A stretch of DNA of 64,000 nucleotides from Octopus vulgaris (lineage: Eukaryota): the NCBI GenBank assembly GCA_951406725.2, contig OX597830.1, forward strand, positions 59,830,001 to 59,894,000, given 5' to 3'. The notes beneath the pieces are model-generated. The model worked only from the letters and a program-made list of their open reading frames with translations, did no database searches and was not told the origin of the DNA. The stretch's first letter is position 1; every line of letters starts with the position of its first letter. This document shows, in pieces, positions 26,347-40,631 of the stretch. Both the position numbers and the translations under genes were made by a program.

Positions 26347-26712
26347 GGCGCAGGAGTGGCTGTGTGGTAAGTAGCTTGCTTACCAACCACATGGTTCCGG
26401 GTTCCTGTCCCACTGCGTGGCACCTTGGGCAAGTGTCTTCTGCTATAGCCACGGGCCAACCAAAGCCTTGTGAGTGGATTTGGTAGACGGAAACCGAAAG
26501 AAGCCCGTCGTATATATATATGCGTGTGTGTGTTTGTGTGTCTGTGTTTGTCCCCCTAGCATTGCTTGACACACCGATGCTGTGTGTTTATGTCCCCGTT
26601 ACTTAGCAGTTCGGCAAAAGAGACCGATAGAATAAGTACTGGACTTACAAAAGAATAGGAATTGACTGCATGGCCGCAGTCAAATGACTGAAACAAGTAA
26701 AAGAGTAAAGAG
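26347..26712 (+). mobile_element. SINE family A, near full length
   Basis: ggcgcaggagtggctgtgtggtaagtagcttg...gactgaaacaagtaaaagagtaaagag. Confidence 0.92.
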
Positions 26713-28109
26713 TAAATTGTGTAAAAATGCCTCGACACACAAAGGAGAAAACTTGCCAATAGAGAGAGCTGCCGAAGAGTTGAATGCCGCAAAGTCAGAT
26801 AGCACAGCAGCAAATATAAGTCGAACAACTTGAAGCGAACAGAGTCTGATCACGTTTATATCCCCAGGAAACACCTTCGGCACCCAACGAGACCTTTCAT
26901 ATTATCAGGCCCGAGGTGTAATTGAGACCACCATGAGAAGCAAAGCATCAGATGGTCAGTTTGGTGGTGCCTTGGATGTTGTCCTGTAGAACCTTGTAAT
27001 GGCATTTGGTTCTTCTCTCGTCCAGTTCTTTGCAGTCCGTGCCGCATCCAGTCATGCGGATCGAGAGGAGGCTGATAGATAAACAACAGAAGAAGGAGAT
27101 AACGAGATGAACAGTTATGTAATTATTTAAAAAAAAAATTCAGAAATAATTTTTATATAATCCGTAAAATTTAAAAAGAAAAACATCTTGAATTATTTTT
27201 TTGTTCTATTGGCATTCAAATCAAAGAAGTACTTTTAAAATCATTTAAATAAAAATAATATTTCATATAATAGATTTCGCAAGGATAAATTGCTATCACC
27301 CAATTCTATTAATTTATTAAATTTTAATATATTTGATTAGTTTTTACCAAGTCTAATTCACAATTCTAAATTTGGTTCTAAGCAATTGTATTTATTATTT
27401 TAATTATTAATTATTTGTATTGATTACTTTATACTGTTTGGTACGGAAATAAACATCGGAAACGAATCTTGGCCAAACGATTAAAAGATAGATCCTATTT
27501 TGAAATCGACAAGTGACAAATACAATTTAATGAGCTTAAATTGGCGTATTTATGATTTAAATGTACGAATAATCTTATTCTCAGACTTTTGGCATTTTAA
27601 AAATTCCTAAATGAAGAATGATATTTTTTGCACCAAAATTTGCATCTAAAACCACTATTTCTGCACCTAAAATTCGCTCTCCGCATATGATTTATTTAAT
27701 ACACATACTTCTAAAATACTGGAAAACTTTGAGCTCCAAACACGCATCCAAGTCATTATCGAACATGGACTGGAAAAACTGCAGTAAATATGACAAAAAA
27801 ATACATCACAGCGTCATTTCTTGGATAAGATAACCATTTAGATAAAATGATTTCAATGAAACAAATCTAATTCTGTAAACTTCGTCAGAACTGATGCAGA
27901 AGAAAATTGTGGGACAAAAATGAGTTATATTTGATCTGATGAACTAACTTCTTTCTTTGCATTGTATTATATAATGCATAACATTCATATTAGTGGAAAC
28001 ATAGCTTTATTCTATGCGGAGATTATGACTGCTGTAACCCTAAGAATGTGAAGTGACGAAATAAATATATTCATTTCTCATTGCTCGAACATTTTATCAT
28101 ATATGTATA

Positions 28110-28465
28110 TCTTTTATCTTTTACTTGTTTCAGCCATTTGACTGCGGTTATGCTGGTGCACCGCCTTGGAGAATTTTTAGTCGAATGGAATTGACCCCAG
28201 AACTTACTTTTTAAAGTCTGGTACTTATTTTATCGGCTTCATTTGTCGAACCACTAAGTTACGGGGACATAAACGCACCGATACCGTTTATCAAGAGGTG
28301 GCGGGACACAAACACAGATATAAGCACACAGACACACACACACACTCACACACACACACATACGACGGGCTTCTTTCAGTTTCTGTCTATCAAATTCACT
28401 CACAAGGCTTTGGTCTGCCCGAGCCTATAGTAGAAGACACTTGCCCAAAGTACCACACAGTGGAT
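28110..28465 (-). mobile_element. SINE family A, 5'-truncated
   Basis: Reverse complement of the family A body and tail. Confidence 0.85.
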
Positions 28466-28504
28466 ATATAAATATATATACATTGATAAATATAAATATA
28501 TATA

Positions 28505-28540
<36 letters not shown>

Positions 28541-28550
28541 TATATGTATG

Positions 28551-28612
<62 letters not shown>

Positions 28613-29604
28613 TGTATGTATGAATGTGTGTGTATATATATATATAGATATATAGCGAGAGAGAGATGAATATATATACACACATATATATGTATATATG
28701 CATGTGTATGTATATATACATCCGTGTGTGTGTGCGTGTGTGTGTGTATGTGTATTGCGAGTGATTATATTAAACCATTTATGGCAGAAGCGCAGTGCCC
28801 GGTGATGGGCGGGGTTACAAATTGAACCTTTATTAATTGTACAACAGATACAAATCTTCTTTCTTAATATTACATAATCAGGAGATAAGTATGTGTTAAA
28901 TTCCATCAAAGTCTTGGTGAAGGAAGGTTTATCTATAAATCAGATGAAGTGTCTTTAAATGAGTGACGGTAGCAGCATTGTGCAAGAAGATATTTCAAAT
29001 ACTTTAGTGCAGGCCCAAACTTTGTTTGTATGGTTGATCGGGATTTTGGGTGATGAGACATCTTTGGATCAAGAACAAAAAGACCTTGATTTGCTCCGCA
29101 TCCTTTCTTAAGCACAGATGCCATGTTTCGTCATTAAACTGGTACCACCCCATTATTGTTTCTGGCGCCGCCAAGTCAGCTCTGACTGAGGAGACTTATA
29201 GTTAAAAACATTTTAGCGTTGAACATATATATTTTGTATATCAAGGACTACATTTTCCAGTAAATCATTTTCTTTTCAGGACAGTAGAGAGAATTTGAAG
29301 GAATTTCGCAGCTATTTCTAGCTGGTCGAGTCATCATAGACTCCCTCGACCTCGTTTAGTATTTGTAGAGTGAGATGGCATTAGACGTGCATTGTTCATG
29401 AATAGCGTAATTCCTAAAGGTTGAATGAAAGTATGCACGTCTCCTTATCCTAGTCAACGTCTAAGTTTGTATTGTTCAGGATTAGATGTAGATTTGTAAA
29501 TCTACAGACGTGAGATATATTATCGGTTAAAGATATCGCAGTCGTTAGTGATTCAGAGAAGCCGAGTATCAGTGACCAGGTCTTAAGGAAAGACCCTGAT
29601 ATAA

Positions 29605-29950
29605 CAGTTTCAAATCTTGGAACAAAGCTAGTAATTTTAAGGGAGGGGAAAATCGATTATATCGATCTCAATGTTCGACTGGTACTTATTTTATCGATCC
29701 TGAAAGGGTGAAAGGCAAGTCGAACTTGGCGGAATTTGAACTCAGAACGTAAAGAGCTCGCCGTCAGTTTGACACCAACTGATGGCTTCAAATGTATGTA
29801 CAAGGCTAGCAATTTCGAGAGGAGGGGTAAAATCGAATACACGGATCCCCTAGTGCTCAGCTAGTACCTATTTTATCGATCTCGAAAGGATGAAAGGCAA
29901 AGTCGGCCTCGGCGGAATTTGAACTCAGAACGAAAAGACGGGCGAAGTGT
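29605..29950 (-). mobile_element. Two adjacent SINE family B copies
   Basis: Each has tcgat...gaaaggcaa(a)gtcg...cggaatttgaactcagaacg. Confidence 0.85.
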
Positions 29951-30314
29951 CCTTGATACCTAATAATGTAAGATAATATCAATAATAGAACTAAAATGGA
30001 TATATGATTGTGTATTTTCAGTGGCTACAAAATTCCGGTCACGATGCAAATCTCTTAAGATAGAGTATGAACTTAATATATGAAGAAGGAACACGTTTTA
30101 ATGGAAAATTCCGAATATTTAGGAAGTCTTGGAGATAAATATTCAAATAAAGATAAAGAATGAGATAAGAAAATTGGTTCACATACACGCACGCACGCAC
30201 ACACAGACACACACACACACCGATACAAACACACACACACACACACAAACACTCACACTCGCGCACGTTGCCACTTGCACGCGCGCGCATACAGACACAC
30301 GCACGGACGCACGG

Positions 30315-30346
<32 letters not shown>

Positions 30347-30639
30347 ACACATGTACAATTAGAAATAAAATTAATGTAAAAAAATATCCACTAACTCAGT
30401 TTCCAGGCATGGAAACTAAATGGAGAATTAAAGTAAACAAATATATGATAATTTTATGCTTATGAAAGGAATTTCTCTTAAACGAAAGAAAAATAAACAT
30501 GATTTTTCTCTCCTCTTGTTTTGTTAAGACATTCTTTGAATTCCTGCAGCTTCCTTCCGTAAGAAAATCTCTTAAAAATAAGAGATACAACTGAGTATTT
30601 TCATTTCATGCAATAAATATTAATAACTTGATGCAGCCA

Positions 30640-31100
30640 TTCGACGTCTCTTGCTGTGTTTATTTATCCAACTGACGTCGACACACTGTGTCTACCTGTC
30701 TAGTCGATGTCTACTTTGTATCTATCTATCTATCTAGCCGATGTCTACAGTGTATATTTATGTAGTCGACGTCCTCTCATACTATCTGTCTAATGATGTC
30801 TAAACACTGGGACTACCTATCCAGCCGATGCCTACACAGTGTCTATCTATCTAGCCGACGTCTACACTTTGTCTATCTGTGTAGCCAATGTCTACACACA
30901 GTGTCTATTTAACCGAATCATTGTGTCTATTTAATCGACGTCTGCACACTATGACTATCTCACCAAAGTCTATACATCATCGACCTTAGCGACGCCTAAA
31001 CTTGTGTCTATCAAGCAGACGTCAACACACCTATCTATTTACCCGACATCTACACAGGATCTATCAACCTAACTGATAACAGTCACTATCTACCTAACCT
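30640..31100 (+). repeat. Degenerate ~30-bp minisatellite (ccgacgtctacacagtgtctatctatctag)
   Basis: About 15 imperfect units; related blocks at 22205-22380, 31845-32030, 32810-32960 (inverted), 36405-36850 and 37255-37365. Confidence 0.75.
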
Positions 31101-31838
31101 AGTGGTTTTCAACCGTTTTTTTTTTTACCTATGGACCCTTTTCATTATTATTTTATTCTGGTGAAGCTCCATAGCCATTTAATGTTGAAAAACTAGTTTT
31201 ATAGAAACTTTTTTCAAAATTCCTATTTTGTTTTTCACACTTTAACTTGTATAGATTCAATTATGTAAAATGGTAGTGAAAGAAATGTAGCTGTTACTTA
31301 CAAGAAATACATCTCTCTTTTACTCTCTTTTACTTGTTTCAGTCATTTGACTGTGGCCATGCTGAAGCACCGCCTTTAGTCGAGCAAATCGACCCCGGGA
31401 CTTATTCTTTGTAAGCCTAGTACTTATTATATCGATCTCTTTTGTCGAACCGCTAAGTTACAGGAACATAAACACACCAGCATCGGTTGTCAAGCGATGT
31501 TGGGGGGACAAACACAGACACACAAACATATACACACACACATATATATATATACATATATACGACGGGCTTCTTTCAGTTTCCATCTACCAAATCCACT
31601 CACAAGGCTTTGGTCGGCACGAGGCTATAGTAGAAGACACTTGCCTAAGGTGCCACGTAGTGGGACTGAACCCGAAACCATGTGGTTGGTAAGCAAGCTA
31701 CTTACCACACAGCCACTCCTGCGCCTATATGAAATTTTTTTTCACAGACCCTTAATATAGTACTGTGGTTCCCCAGTTTACTATTTTGCTTGCGTGGACC
31801 ACCAAAATCTTCTGTGGACCCCATTTGGGAATCACTGA
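31101..31838. mobile_element. hAT-type MITE containing a nested SINE A
   Basis: tagtggttttcaacc...ggaccccatttgggaatcactg termini; related to 21644-21890 and 54376-54700. Confidence 0.6.
31315..31727 (-). mobile_element. SINE family A, full length, young
   Basis: Close reverse complement of the 26347 copy, including the segment deleted there. Confidence 0.93.
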
Positions 31839-32033
31839 CATAACCGATACCCTGTATCAATTTGTCTAGCCGACATCCCTACACTGTATCTATTTAGATG
31901 ATGTCTACACAGTGTCTATCTCAACAATCGTTTCTACACACTGTGATAGCATCCACTAAACATCTACACACTTCTTTAACTACTCTAGCATCATTTACAT
32001 TCTGCGCCAATCTATTCTCTTCAAACAACATCC

Positions 32034-32338
32034 GTGGATGCACATGGCCTAGCGGTTAGAGCAGCGGACTCGCGGTCGAGGGATCGCGGGTTCGATTCTC
32101 AAACCGGGCAATGTGTGTGTTTATGAGCGAAATACCTAAGCTCCACGCGGCTCCGGCAGAAGGTAAAGGCGAACTTCTGCTGACTCTTTCGCCACAACTT
32201 TCTCTCACTCTTTCTTCCTGCATCTTGAAGCTCACCTGCGACGGACCGGCGTCCCGTCCAGGCGGGGAACCTATACGCCAAGGAAACCGGGAAACCGGCC
32301 CTTATGAGCCCGGCGTGGCTCGAGAAGGAACAAACAAA
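32034..32338 (+). mobile_element. SINE family D, full length
   Basis: Flanked by the direct repeat caacatccg (TSD); tail gcgacggaccggcgtcccgtccagg...gagaaggaacaaac. Confidence 0.92.
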
Positions 32339-32419
32339 TCAACATCCGCATACTGATTCAGTCTACGTTCAGTAAACATAAACTCAGTCAACAAGAGTCC
32401 AATTAATATTTACCTGCAC

Positions 32420-32800
32420 AGGCGTCGCTGTGTAGTAAGAAGTGTTCTTCCCAACTACATGGTTCCACGTTCAATCCCACTGCGTGGCACCTTGGGCAGA
32501 TTCTTCTATAATTTCGGGTCGACCAAAGCCCTGTGTGTGGATTTGGCAGACAGAAACTGAAAAAAGTCCGTCGTATGTGTGTGTATGTGTGTGTGTGTGT
32601 GTTTGTTCCTCATTACCTCTTGGTAACCAGTGTTGGTGTATTTACGTCCCCGTAACCTAGCGAAGCCGATAGAATAAGGACTAAACCGATTTACCAGTCT
32701 TAATGAATAAGTACTGGGGTCGATTCGTTCGATTAAAATTCTTGAAGGTGGCACTCTAACATAGCAGCAGTCTAATGATTGAAACGAGAAAATAAAAAAA
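32420..32800 (+). mobile_element. SINE family A copy
   Basis: cccactgcgtggcaccttgggcag...cagtctaatgattgaaac. Confidence 0.85.
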
Positions 32801-33485
32801 AGATGCTGATATAGATAGATCGAGTACACGGGTGTGAAATGGAGAGATGAACACGGTGTGTAGATGTTGACAGCATAGATGGACGAATTGAGTAGATGGT
32901 TACTGGATGTCCGCAAGATATAGACGTTAACTGGATATTTCAAGGCTCTCAGAGTGGTCAGCATTGATGTGAGAGTATTGATGGGGAGGTGAAGGAGATC
33001 GAAAAGTCATTAGGTGATCAACTAGGAGTCGACAAAATTCAGGGATCGAAAACATTCAATTTTAAATCTTTAAAAGTTGAATTGTTAATCCTGTATGATT
33101 CGTAGCTCTCCTGGCCCTGACAAAACGGCAAAACGGCAAAAGCGAGAATAGTTTTCTCACACCTTGATTGCATGACTGTAAAGCTTTCTCCTGTTATGAA
33201 AACATTTACTTAGCAAAGAAAATGTTTGCAATATCCTACGTTCATAACGTGGATATTTATATATATACACTCTCTTTTTTAAAAGAGAGTGCATATATAT
33301 TAAATAGAACTATAAATTCACTTCTTAGCTCTTTAACAGGAAAAATCAGATGATCAACAGTCAAATGTAGAGGCTCTGTGTATGACATAAAACCTTATCC
33401 TTACATCTATTTTAATATATATAGCAGTTGTGGCTTTGTGAATATATTTTCTACATCAAATTCTCGTCTTTCTCTTCGCTCTCCA

Positions 33486-33491
<6 letters not shown>

Positions 33492-33525
<34 letters not shown>

Positions 33526-33526
33526 C

Positions 33527-33599
<73 letters not shown>

Positions 33600-33619
33600 C
33601 TCGCTCTCTCTCTCTCTCG

Positions 33620-33650
<31 letters not shown>
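33492..33650 (+). repeat. (CT)n microsatellite
   Basis: Direct reading; source of the SLSL/RERE ORFs. Confidence 0.97.
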
Positions 33651-33896
33651 GATATTTGTACGTGTACACACACACACATGTCAAGCGAGCTGAATCAACT
33701 GGGTACCGGACTTAAAAAATAAGCACTGGAATCAATTTCTTCTGCTAAACGCTTCAAGGCGGTACCCCAGCATGGCCACACTCCAACGACTAGATAGAAT
33801 AGTTTGTATTAGTTAAGTTTATTGACAACTTTGAAGAAGACATCAGTTACATATGTTATCGCATTTCTATTATCAAAAAAATATTTGGATCTATAT

Positions 33897-34110
33897 CAGG
33901 AAAGGTTTGCCAAACTTTAATGTCATTCTCAGTTCTCAAATTAACATCTCATGCTGATATTGAAGACGAGATGAAGACCTCTAACGATATAAGCTTTAAT
34001 ATTTTGGATTTTGGATTTATGCAAGAAAGGTTTAGAAAATTTTAATGCCATTCTCAATTTACAAATCAATATCTCATGCTGATGTTAAAAGGTGATGGAG
34101 AACTCGAACA
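33897..34110 (+). repeat. Diverged direct duplication (~125-bp period)
   Basis: gaaaggttt...tttaatg(t/c)cattctca...atctcatgctgat(a/g)tt occurs at about 33900 and 34025. Confidence 0.65.
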
Positions 34111-34269
34111 AATATCCTTTAATATAACAAAAAAAACAACAAGCAAACGACAAACCGAATGTCAGAATTATCGAAGGTGTTATACCAACCATAATATAAG
34201 TTAAAGAACTCGTTATGAAGAACTCTAAAGTTATGCCTTTTAATTGCAAAATGTGTTGAAAAGATATCT

Positions 34270-35720
34270 TGAAAATTTCAACAAGGTACTGTAGATCCTG
34301 TAAAAAACGCGTAATTTATGTATTTGTCTTTGTCAAATATCTTAAGGCTTGTTTGAAGAGACAAATAATTTTCTTATATTTGGAGAAGTATTTGAGAAAA
34401 CACACCATTCTTCTTAATGATGTAATGGCAGTTGCCCCTGATGGCGCATCAGTCATAATTGGTAAACAGCATTTTCATTTTGTTTTCTAAAAGGAAAAAA
34501 ATCCTAATCTATTTTACGTACATTGTGTTTATTCAGACATCTTGTAGCGAACACCCCCAGAAGAAAACTTCACAATATTCTGAAAACACAAACCAACTTT
34601 GTAAAGAAAATGTAAACAAAACCACCCAGTTTTCGATTTATTGCAATATCAATGAGAAGAGTTTCAAGCAGTTTCTTTTCCATTCTGAAGTAAGGCAATT
34701 TCCCAAAATAGTTTACCCTGACATAATCGGTAGAAAAGGAAAAGAAAAGATATTTAAAAAGTAATGAAGTTTGAAAATCCAAACACGTTGATTGTGAGTT
34801 GCATTACCCACCAAGAAAACTTGGTTGCAAAAAGCGTTTTCTCTGAACTGCATGACACACTGTATATTGTGGTTAAATGCATCAATTCCATCACAGCGAG
34901 TGGCAAGTGTGAACATCTGTTCAAGAAGTTTTGTAAAGATAAATATGAAGAACATGTGAACTACTGCGGTTGTCAAAGGGAAACTACCTCAAAAACATTT
35001 ATGCAACTGTTTGACCTTCTCAGTAAATTTTTGAAGGACAAATCTGAAATAAGTCGCCTGTTGACAACAGACGGCAAAACTTATGTGAACCTCTTGGCTG
35101 ACATTTTTGAGAATCTTTGTTCTTGAAACAAGCAACTCTAAGGAGCCTCTGGGACGCTCATTAATGCAAAAAACCAAAATCTTTGGATTTATTACTTTTT
35201 TTTTCCGGTACCAATGCAACATATTGGCAATAAATTTTAGCCAATTCTCTTGGTTGAAAAAGTGTGGGATAATTGATGCTTTAAAGAACGTCATTGTTGG
35301 TCACTTGAGAACATTAGTTAATGAATCCAATGTAAGATTTTAGGATCTGAAAACAGAAGAGGAGTTCCCTTCTTTGATGACTCAGTTATTTCTACTGGGT
35401 TTATCCAAAGTGCCAGTGTAATTCCAAGAGGAGCTATCGGAGCCGCAACAAGATGTGTCTGAAAAACTCTTTTCAAAGTCAAGAGAACCATGATGCAGAC
35501 GCCTGGAGAAAGGGAAAAGATGTAGCCAAACTCGAGTAATTTAGTAAGGGAAGTATTGATACACTTTCCATCGTCTTATGAAATCGAATGCAGATTTAGT
35601 GTTGCTACCGGTTGATTACAAGCTAAGAGAAACGACTGAACATCATGAGATGCGGTGATGTAAGTTTAAAACTGACGGAATTGACCCCTCAAATCCAACA
35701 AATTTGCAACTAGTAGATTT
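34270..35720 (+). pseudogene. Decayed hAT (Charlie/Buster, ZBED8/SCAND3-like) transposase
   Basis: AVAPDGASVIIGK (TDGA motif), SCITHQENLVAK (CxxH), VVKCINSITA...HLFKKFC, and C-terminal FPSSYEIECRFS...KRNDX; stops and frameshifts. Confidence 0.85.
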
Positions 35721-35799
35721 GCTTAACTCAAGGTTTTCACATCTAAGTAACAAGAGCATAAAACTACCAATAAAGTTTTAATTATAACTTTTTTTTTTA

Positions 35800-35835
<36 letters not shown>

Positions 35836-36090
35836 GGCGATCGGTCTGGCATGCCGCCGGGCAAAAATGCTTACTGGAATTTCATCCCACTCTACATGCT
35901 GGATTCAAATTCCGCCGAAACCGACTTTGCCATTCGTTCTTTCGAAGCCGATTAAATAAGTACCAGTTAAGCACCTGGGTTGATGTATTCGATTCACCCC
36001 CACCCGAAAACTGCTGGCCTTGTGGCAAAATCTACAATAATTCAGTTGACACCTACACAGCGACTATCCATTCGGTAAACACAGACTCAC

Positions 36091-36127
<37 letters not shown>

Positions 36128-36162
36128 CAGTAAACAACGATATACTCTATCTAACTATGTTA

Positions 36163-36400
36163 ATACCTATTTCTTTACTACCCACAAGGGGCTAAACACA
36201 GAGAGGACAAACAAGGACAGACACACGGATTAAGTCGATTATATCTACCCCAGTGCGTAACTGGTACTTATTTAATCGACCCCTAAAGGATGAAAGGCAA
36301 AGTCAACCTCGGCGGAATTTGAACTCAGAACGTAACGGCAGACGAAATACCGCTAAGCATTTCGCCCGTAGTGCTAACGTTTCTGCCAGCTCGCCGCCTT
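36163..36400 (-). mobile_element. SINE family B, young monomer (an older + copy lies at 35836-36035)
   Basis: Near-identical to 45066-45301; ends aaagaaataggtatt. Confidence 0.93.
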
Positions 36401-36849
36401 TCACGCCGTATCTACCTGTCTCGTGAACATCTATCTAAATACTACGAATATCCAGTAAACAGCTGCTCATTGGGTGTATCAATTTTGCCAATATTTACTC
36501 ACTGTATGCATGTCTCTTTAATATTGTATTTCTCTTTCTAGAGAAATATTACACACTGTCAACATCTACACTGTGACCAGCTATCTATTTCTATCCATAA
36601 TCAACCGAGTTAACATCTATACATTATGTCTAACCCTATAATCAACTATTACACTCTGTCCTTCGAACGTCTGTGTCTGTCTATCCATTGATTTTTTCTG
36701 TTCAATATCTGTCGAGTTAACATCTACACGTCATGTTAACAAAACAATTAATTATTAAACATTGTCTAATTTTCTTTCCAACGTCTACGCGCTTCGTCTT
36801 CTCAGTTAAAATCTACTCACTGCGTCTTTTGCGTCCATTTTATACGTTA

Positions 36850-37030
36850 TACTGCGGCCATGCTGGTGTACCGCCTTGAAAAAAAAATTTAATTGAATGA
36901 ATCGACCCTAGTACTTATTTTTAAGCCTGGTACTTGTAACAATCACTGTTGACGAACCGCTAAGTTATGAGGATGTAAACACATCAACACCGGTTGTCAA
37001 ACACTGCTGGGGGACAAACACACGCGCGCG

Positions 37031-37071
<41 letters not shown>

Positions 37072-37260
37072 GCGCGCGCACATGTACATGCACTTCTATA
37101 CGACGGTGTTCTTTCAGTTTCCATCTACCAAATCCACTCACAAAGCTTTGGTCGGCCCGAGGCTATAGTAGAAGACTCTTGCCCAAGGTGCCATGCAGTG
37201 GGACTGAACCCAGAACCATGTACTTGGGAAGCAAGCGTCTTACCACACAGCTACGCCTGT
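36850..37260 (-). mobile_element. SINE family A copy
   Basis: Reverse complement of family A head and tail with internal (CA)n. Confidence 0.88.
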
Positions 37261-37532
37261 GTCTATCAACAATTATACAGCCTGTTCTCTGTCGATCAAG
37301 TCAGCCAGCATCTCTATGCCACATCTATTAATGCAATAAACATCTACAAGAGTTGTCTAACTATTGAAACAGAGCAATGCCAAGTACTATTAGTTATAAA
37401 GGAGTCAAAAATAATTATCTCCAACACATGTGGAAGTAAAAGGTATTCGGGGGCTTTTCTGTACAGAAATCTTAAAAGAACAAAAACAACAAACAAAAGA
37501 CGTAATGGTTTCAGGAACAACGCTAGAAATTT

Positions 37533-37925
37533 TAGAGGGGAGGGGCTTAATTGATGCAATCAACCTCTGTACTTAACTAGTCCTTCATTTCGTCGTCCCC
37601 GAAAGGTTGAATGGCAAAACTGATCTTGGGAAAATTTTGAAGTTAGATTGTAAAGAGTTGGAAAAATACCTTGAAGTATTTTTGCGGCGTTTTTTAAAAA
37701 CTCTTCTTGAATTTTTTTTTGCCATAAATCTTTCCTTTGAGGCGACGATCTTGCAGAGTCGTTAAAGCGCCGCAAAAATACTTGAAGGTATTTTCCCAAC
37801 TCTTTACAATCTAACTTCAAAATTTTCCCAAGATCAGTTTTGCCATTCAACCTTTCGGGGACGACGAAATAAAGTACTAGTCAAGTACAGAGGTTGATTG
37901 CATCAATTAAGCCCCTCCTCTCTAA
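37533..37925. repeat. Inverted duplication of a decayed SINE B (~157-bp arms, 78-nt spacer)
   Basis: Arms 37533-37689 and 37768-37925 differ at only about 6 positions. Confidence 0.93.
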
Positions 37926-38916
37926 TTTGATAAGAGCTGCCCTCCTCAAAGTACATCCAACCATCTTTAAAAATCGGACTACTCTGGATATGGCAGTCCT
38001 ACATGCAATGTATCCGAAGAGAAAAGACGAGTTGGCCATTACTTAGAATATCCTTGATCCATAGTTTCAAGGCTGATCCTGGGCTAACAAAACATCAACA
38101 ACTGGAGGATACTAGAAATAATCTCACAAATTTTGTATTCATGTAATTAAAATTGATTTCAAATTTTGGCACAATGCCAGCAATTTCGAGGGAGTGAATG
38201 AGTCGATTACATCAACTCCAGTGCTCAACTGGTACTTACTTTATCGACCCGAAAAGGAAGAAAGGTAAAGTCGTCCACGGCAAAATTTGAACACAGTACA
38301 CGAAGACGGAAGAAATGCCGCTAAACATTTTGTCCGGCGTGCTAACAATTCTGTCAGTTCGATGCCTCACTCATAATTAGTATTTTAGATGCGAAAGGAC
38401 AAACTTGTCCCTTTGGAGATTATTAAACATTTCTAGTGGATTAAACAAAATTAATGAAATTAATGTGAGTTTTCTAGGTCTTTCGTTAATTATAGCACAT
38501 TTTCATAAAACTAAGAAATTAAAAAAATATAAACTCGTTAACAACTCTACAATGAGAATTAACAGATGGCAAAACATAGGAAGGTGGTGCATTGCTGCAG
38601 AGTTAAAGTACTCTCTAGAAACACAAGTTTTTGAGAAAGAAACGGATCAGAATCAAGTACTGAGAGTTTATAACTCCCATCCACGCCCCCAACACCACCA
38701 CAACCACTACCATCACCAACGCCTCTTCCTTATCAACACATTAATCCTCTCCAAGAATAAGAAAATAAAGACTGGCACAGCGAAAGAAGATAAAATAATA
38801 CGAAGACAATTCGCGATGTGACGGAACCCAGCAAACTTGAAACACAGCAGAACATAACGAACATAAGAAAATTTATACCAGTATCAGCAGGGAACACACA
38901 CATATCCTTCCATCCG

Positions 38917-38929
38917 AATAATAATAATA

Positions 38930-39002
<73 letters not shown>

Positions 39003-39004
39003 GA

Positions 39005-39077
<73 letters not shown>

Positions 39078-39092
39078 GTAATAGTAATAGTA

Positions 39093-39144
<52 letters not shown>

Positions 39145-39222
39145 TAAAACTACTGAATAATAATAATAATAATAGTAATAATAATAATAATAATAGTAAT
39201 AATGATAATAATAATAATAGTA

Positions 39223-39281
<59 letters not shown>
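38917..39281 (+). repeat. Long (AAT)n microsatellite
   Basis: Direct reading. Confidence 0.98.
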
Positions 39282-39282
<1 letters not shown>

Positions 39283-40506
39283 GAAAAACGAGCGAAAAAG
39301 ATACTGTTAAAATGTGATATGGCAAAAAAATATCACCAACATCACCAGTATAGTTCCACTCTAAAACAAATAAAGAATGCAAAGATTACAATGTGGAAGA
39401 TTTGAAATTTAGAAAGAACAAGAACTCAGAGGAAGTAAAGAAACCGAATTCAGTGAGTGAAAGCGAAATCGTGTAAAATAAACAATTCCAAGAAAAAGAA
39501 AAGAGAAAAGAAATTAAAACAAAAGTAAAATATTCCAATGAGAAAAAAGAAGTCATTTCAAGGAATTAAACAACAAAACCATAAACATTTTGGAGAAAAT
39601 ATGTAAAATCGAAAAAGAAATCCCTAAAATAAATTCAATAACTGACAGAATAAAAGAAGTGGAGTATATTCCATTGTAAGAATAGACAGATATTAAGGCA
39701 TGAGATAATGGCAACTGGAAGTCACGTGGAATAGACAACGCTGCTGAATAGAATATCTACATAACTTGTACACACATGCATGTCCTATGCCTTAATAATA
39801 CTGAATAATTTAAAGGTGATTGTCAGCAACATATTGTCTGGATACCCCTCTTCCCATCACAACAACTACGTCAGCTCCCATAGAAGACATGACAAGGGTC
39901 ACACCGCTTCAAGCAAATGAAGGCTCTCAGCAGTAGAACAATAATATAAACATATTCCTGAGACAGCTGAAGAGAATTAAAATATGTTATTGTTATTGTC
40001 TAACCACGTATCAGCATCCCTTCTTGAGCAGACTGACAATCAAAGGCATTTCACCCGTGATCTTGCCTCGTCTTTTTTTTTTTTTTTTAGGGATATATAT
40101 GACTATATCATCTGAGTTATCCTTTCCTTATTTATTACTATAAGAGTGATTTTGTGTAGAGAAATGTAGATATGAGGAAACCACCTTTACTGTTTTAAAA
40201 GGCAACTTGCCCACGTGATATTAATGTGATTTGGCCACCAGAAAATAAGATTTCTGTAGAGTAGATTTTTTTTTAAAAAGGGATTTGTTGGTGTAATCGT
40301 AAATAAGAATGGTGGGTTCGATTCCCACACATACTAATACCCATTTTTTTTTTGCGCAGGCGTGGCTGTGTGATAAGAAGCTTACTTTCCAATCACATAG
40401 TTTCGGGTTCAGTGGCACCTTAGGCAAGTGTTTTCTACTATAGCCCCGGTCCGACCAAAGAATTGTGAGCAAATTTGGTAGACGGAAACTAAAAGAAGTC
40501 CATTGT

Positions 40507-40546
<40 letters not shown>

Positions 40547-40549
40547 CAT

Positions 40550-40631
<82 letters not shown>

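Noticed and set aside
26730-27110. Possible coding exon
   Set aside because: GC-richer unique segment, but it is interrupted by stops and I found no recognisable motif.
27430-27930. Further hAT transposase remnant
   Set aside because: Only faint similarity (WIR.PF-like); too degenerate to support a call.
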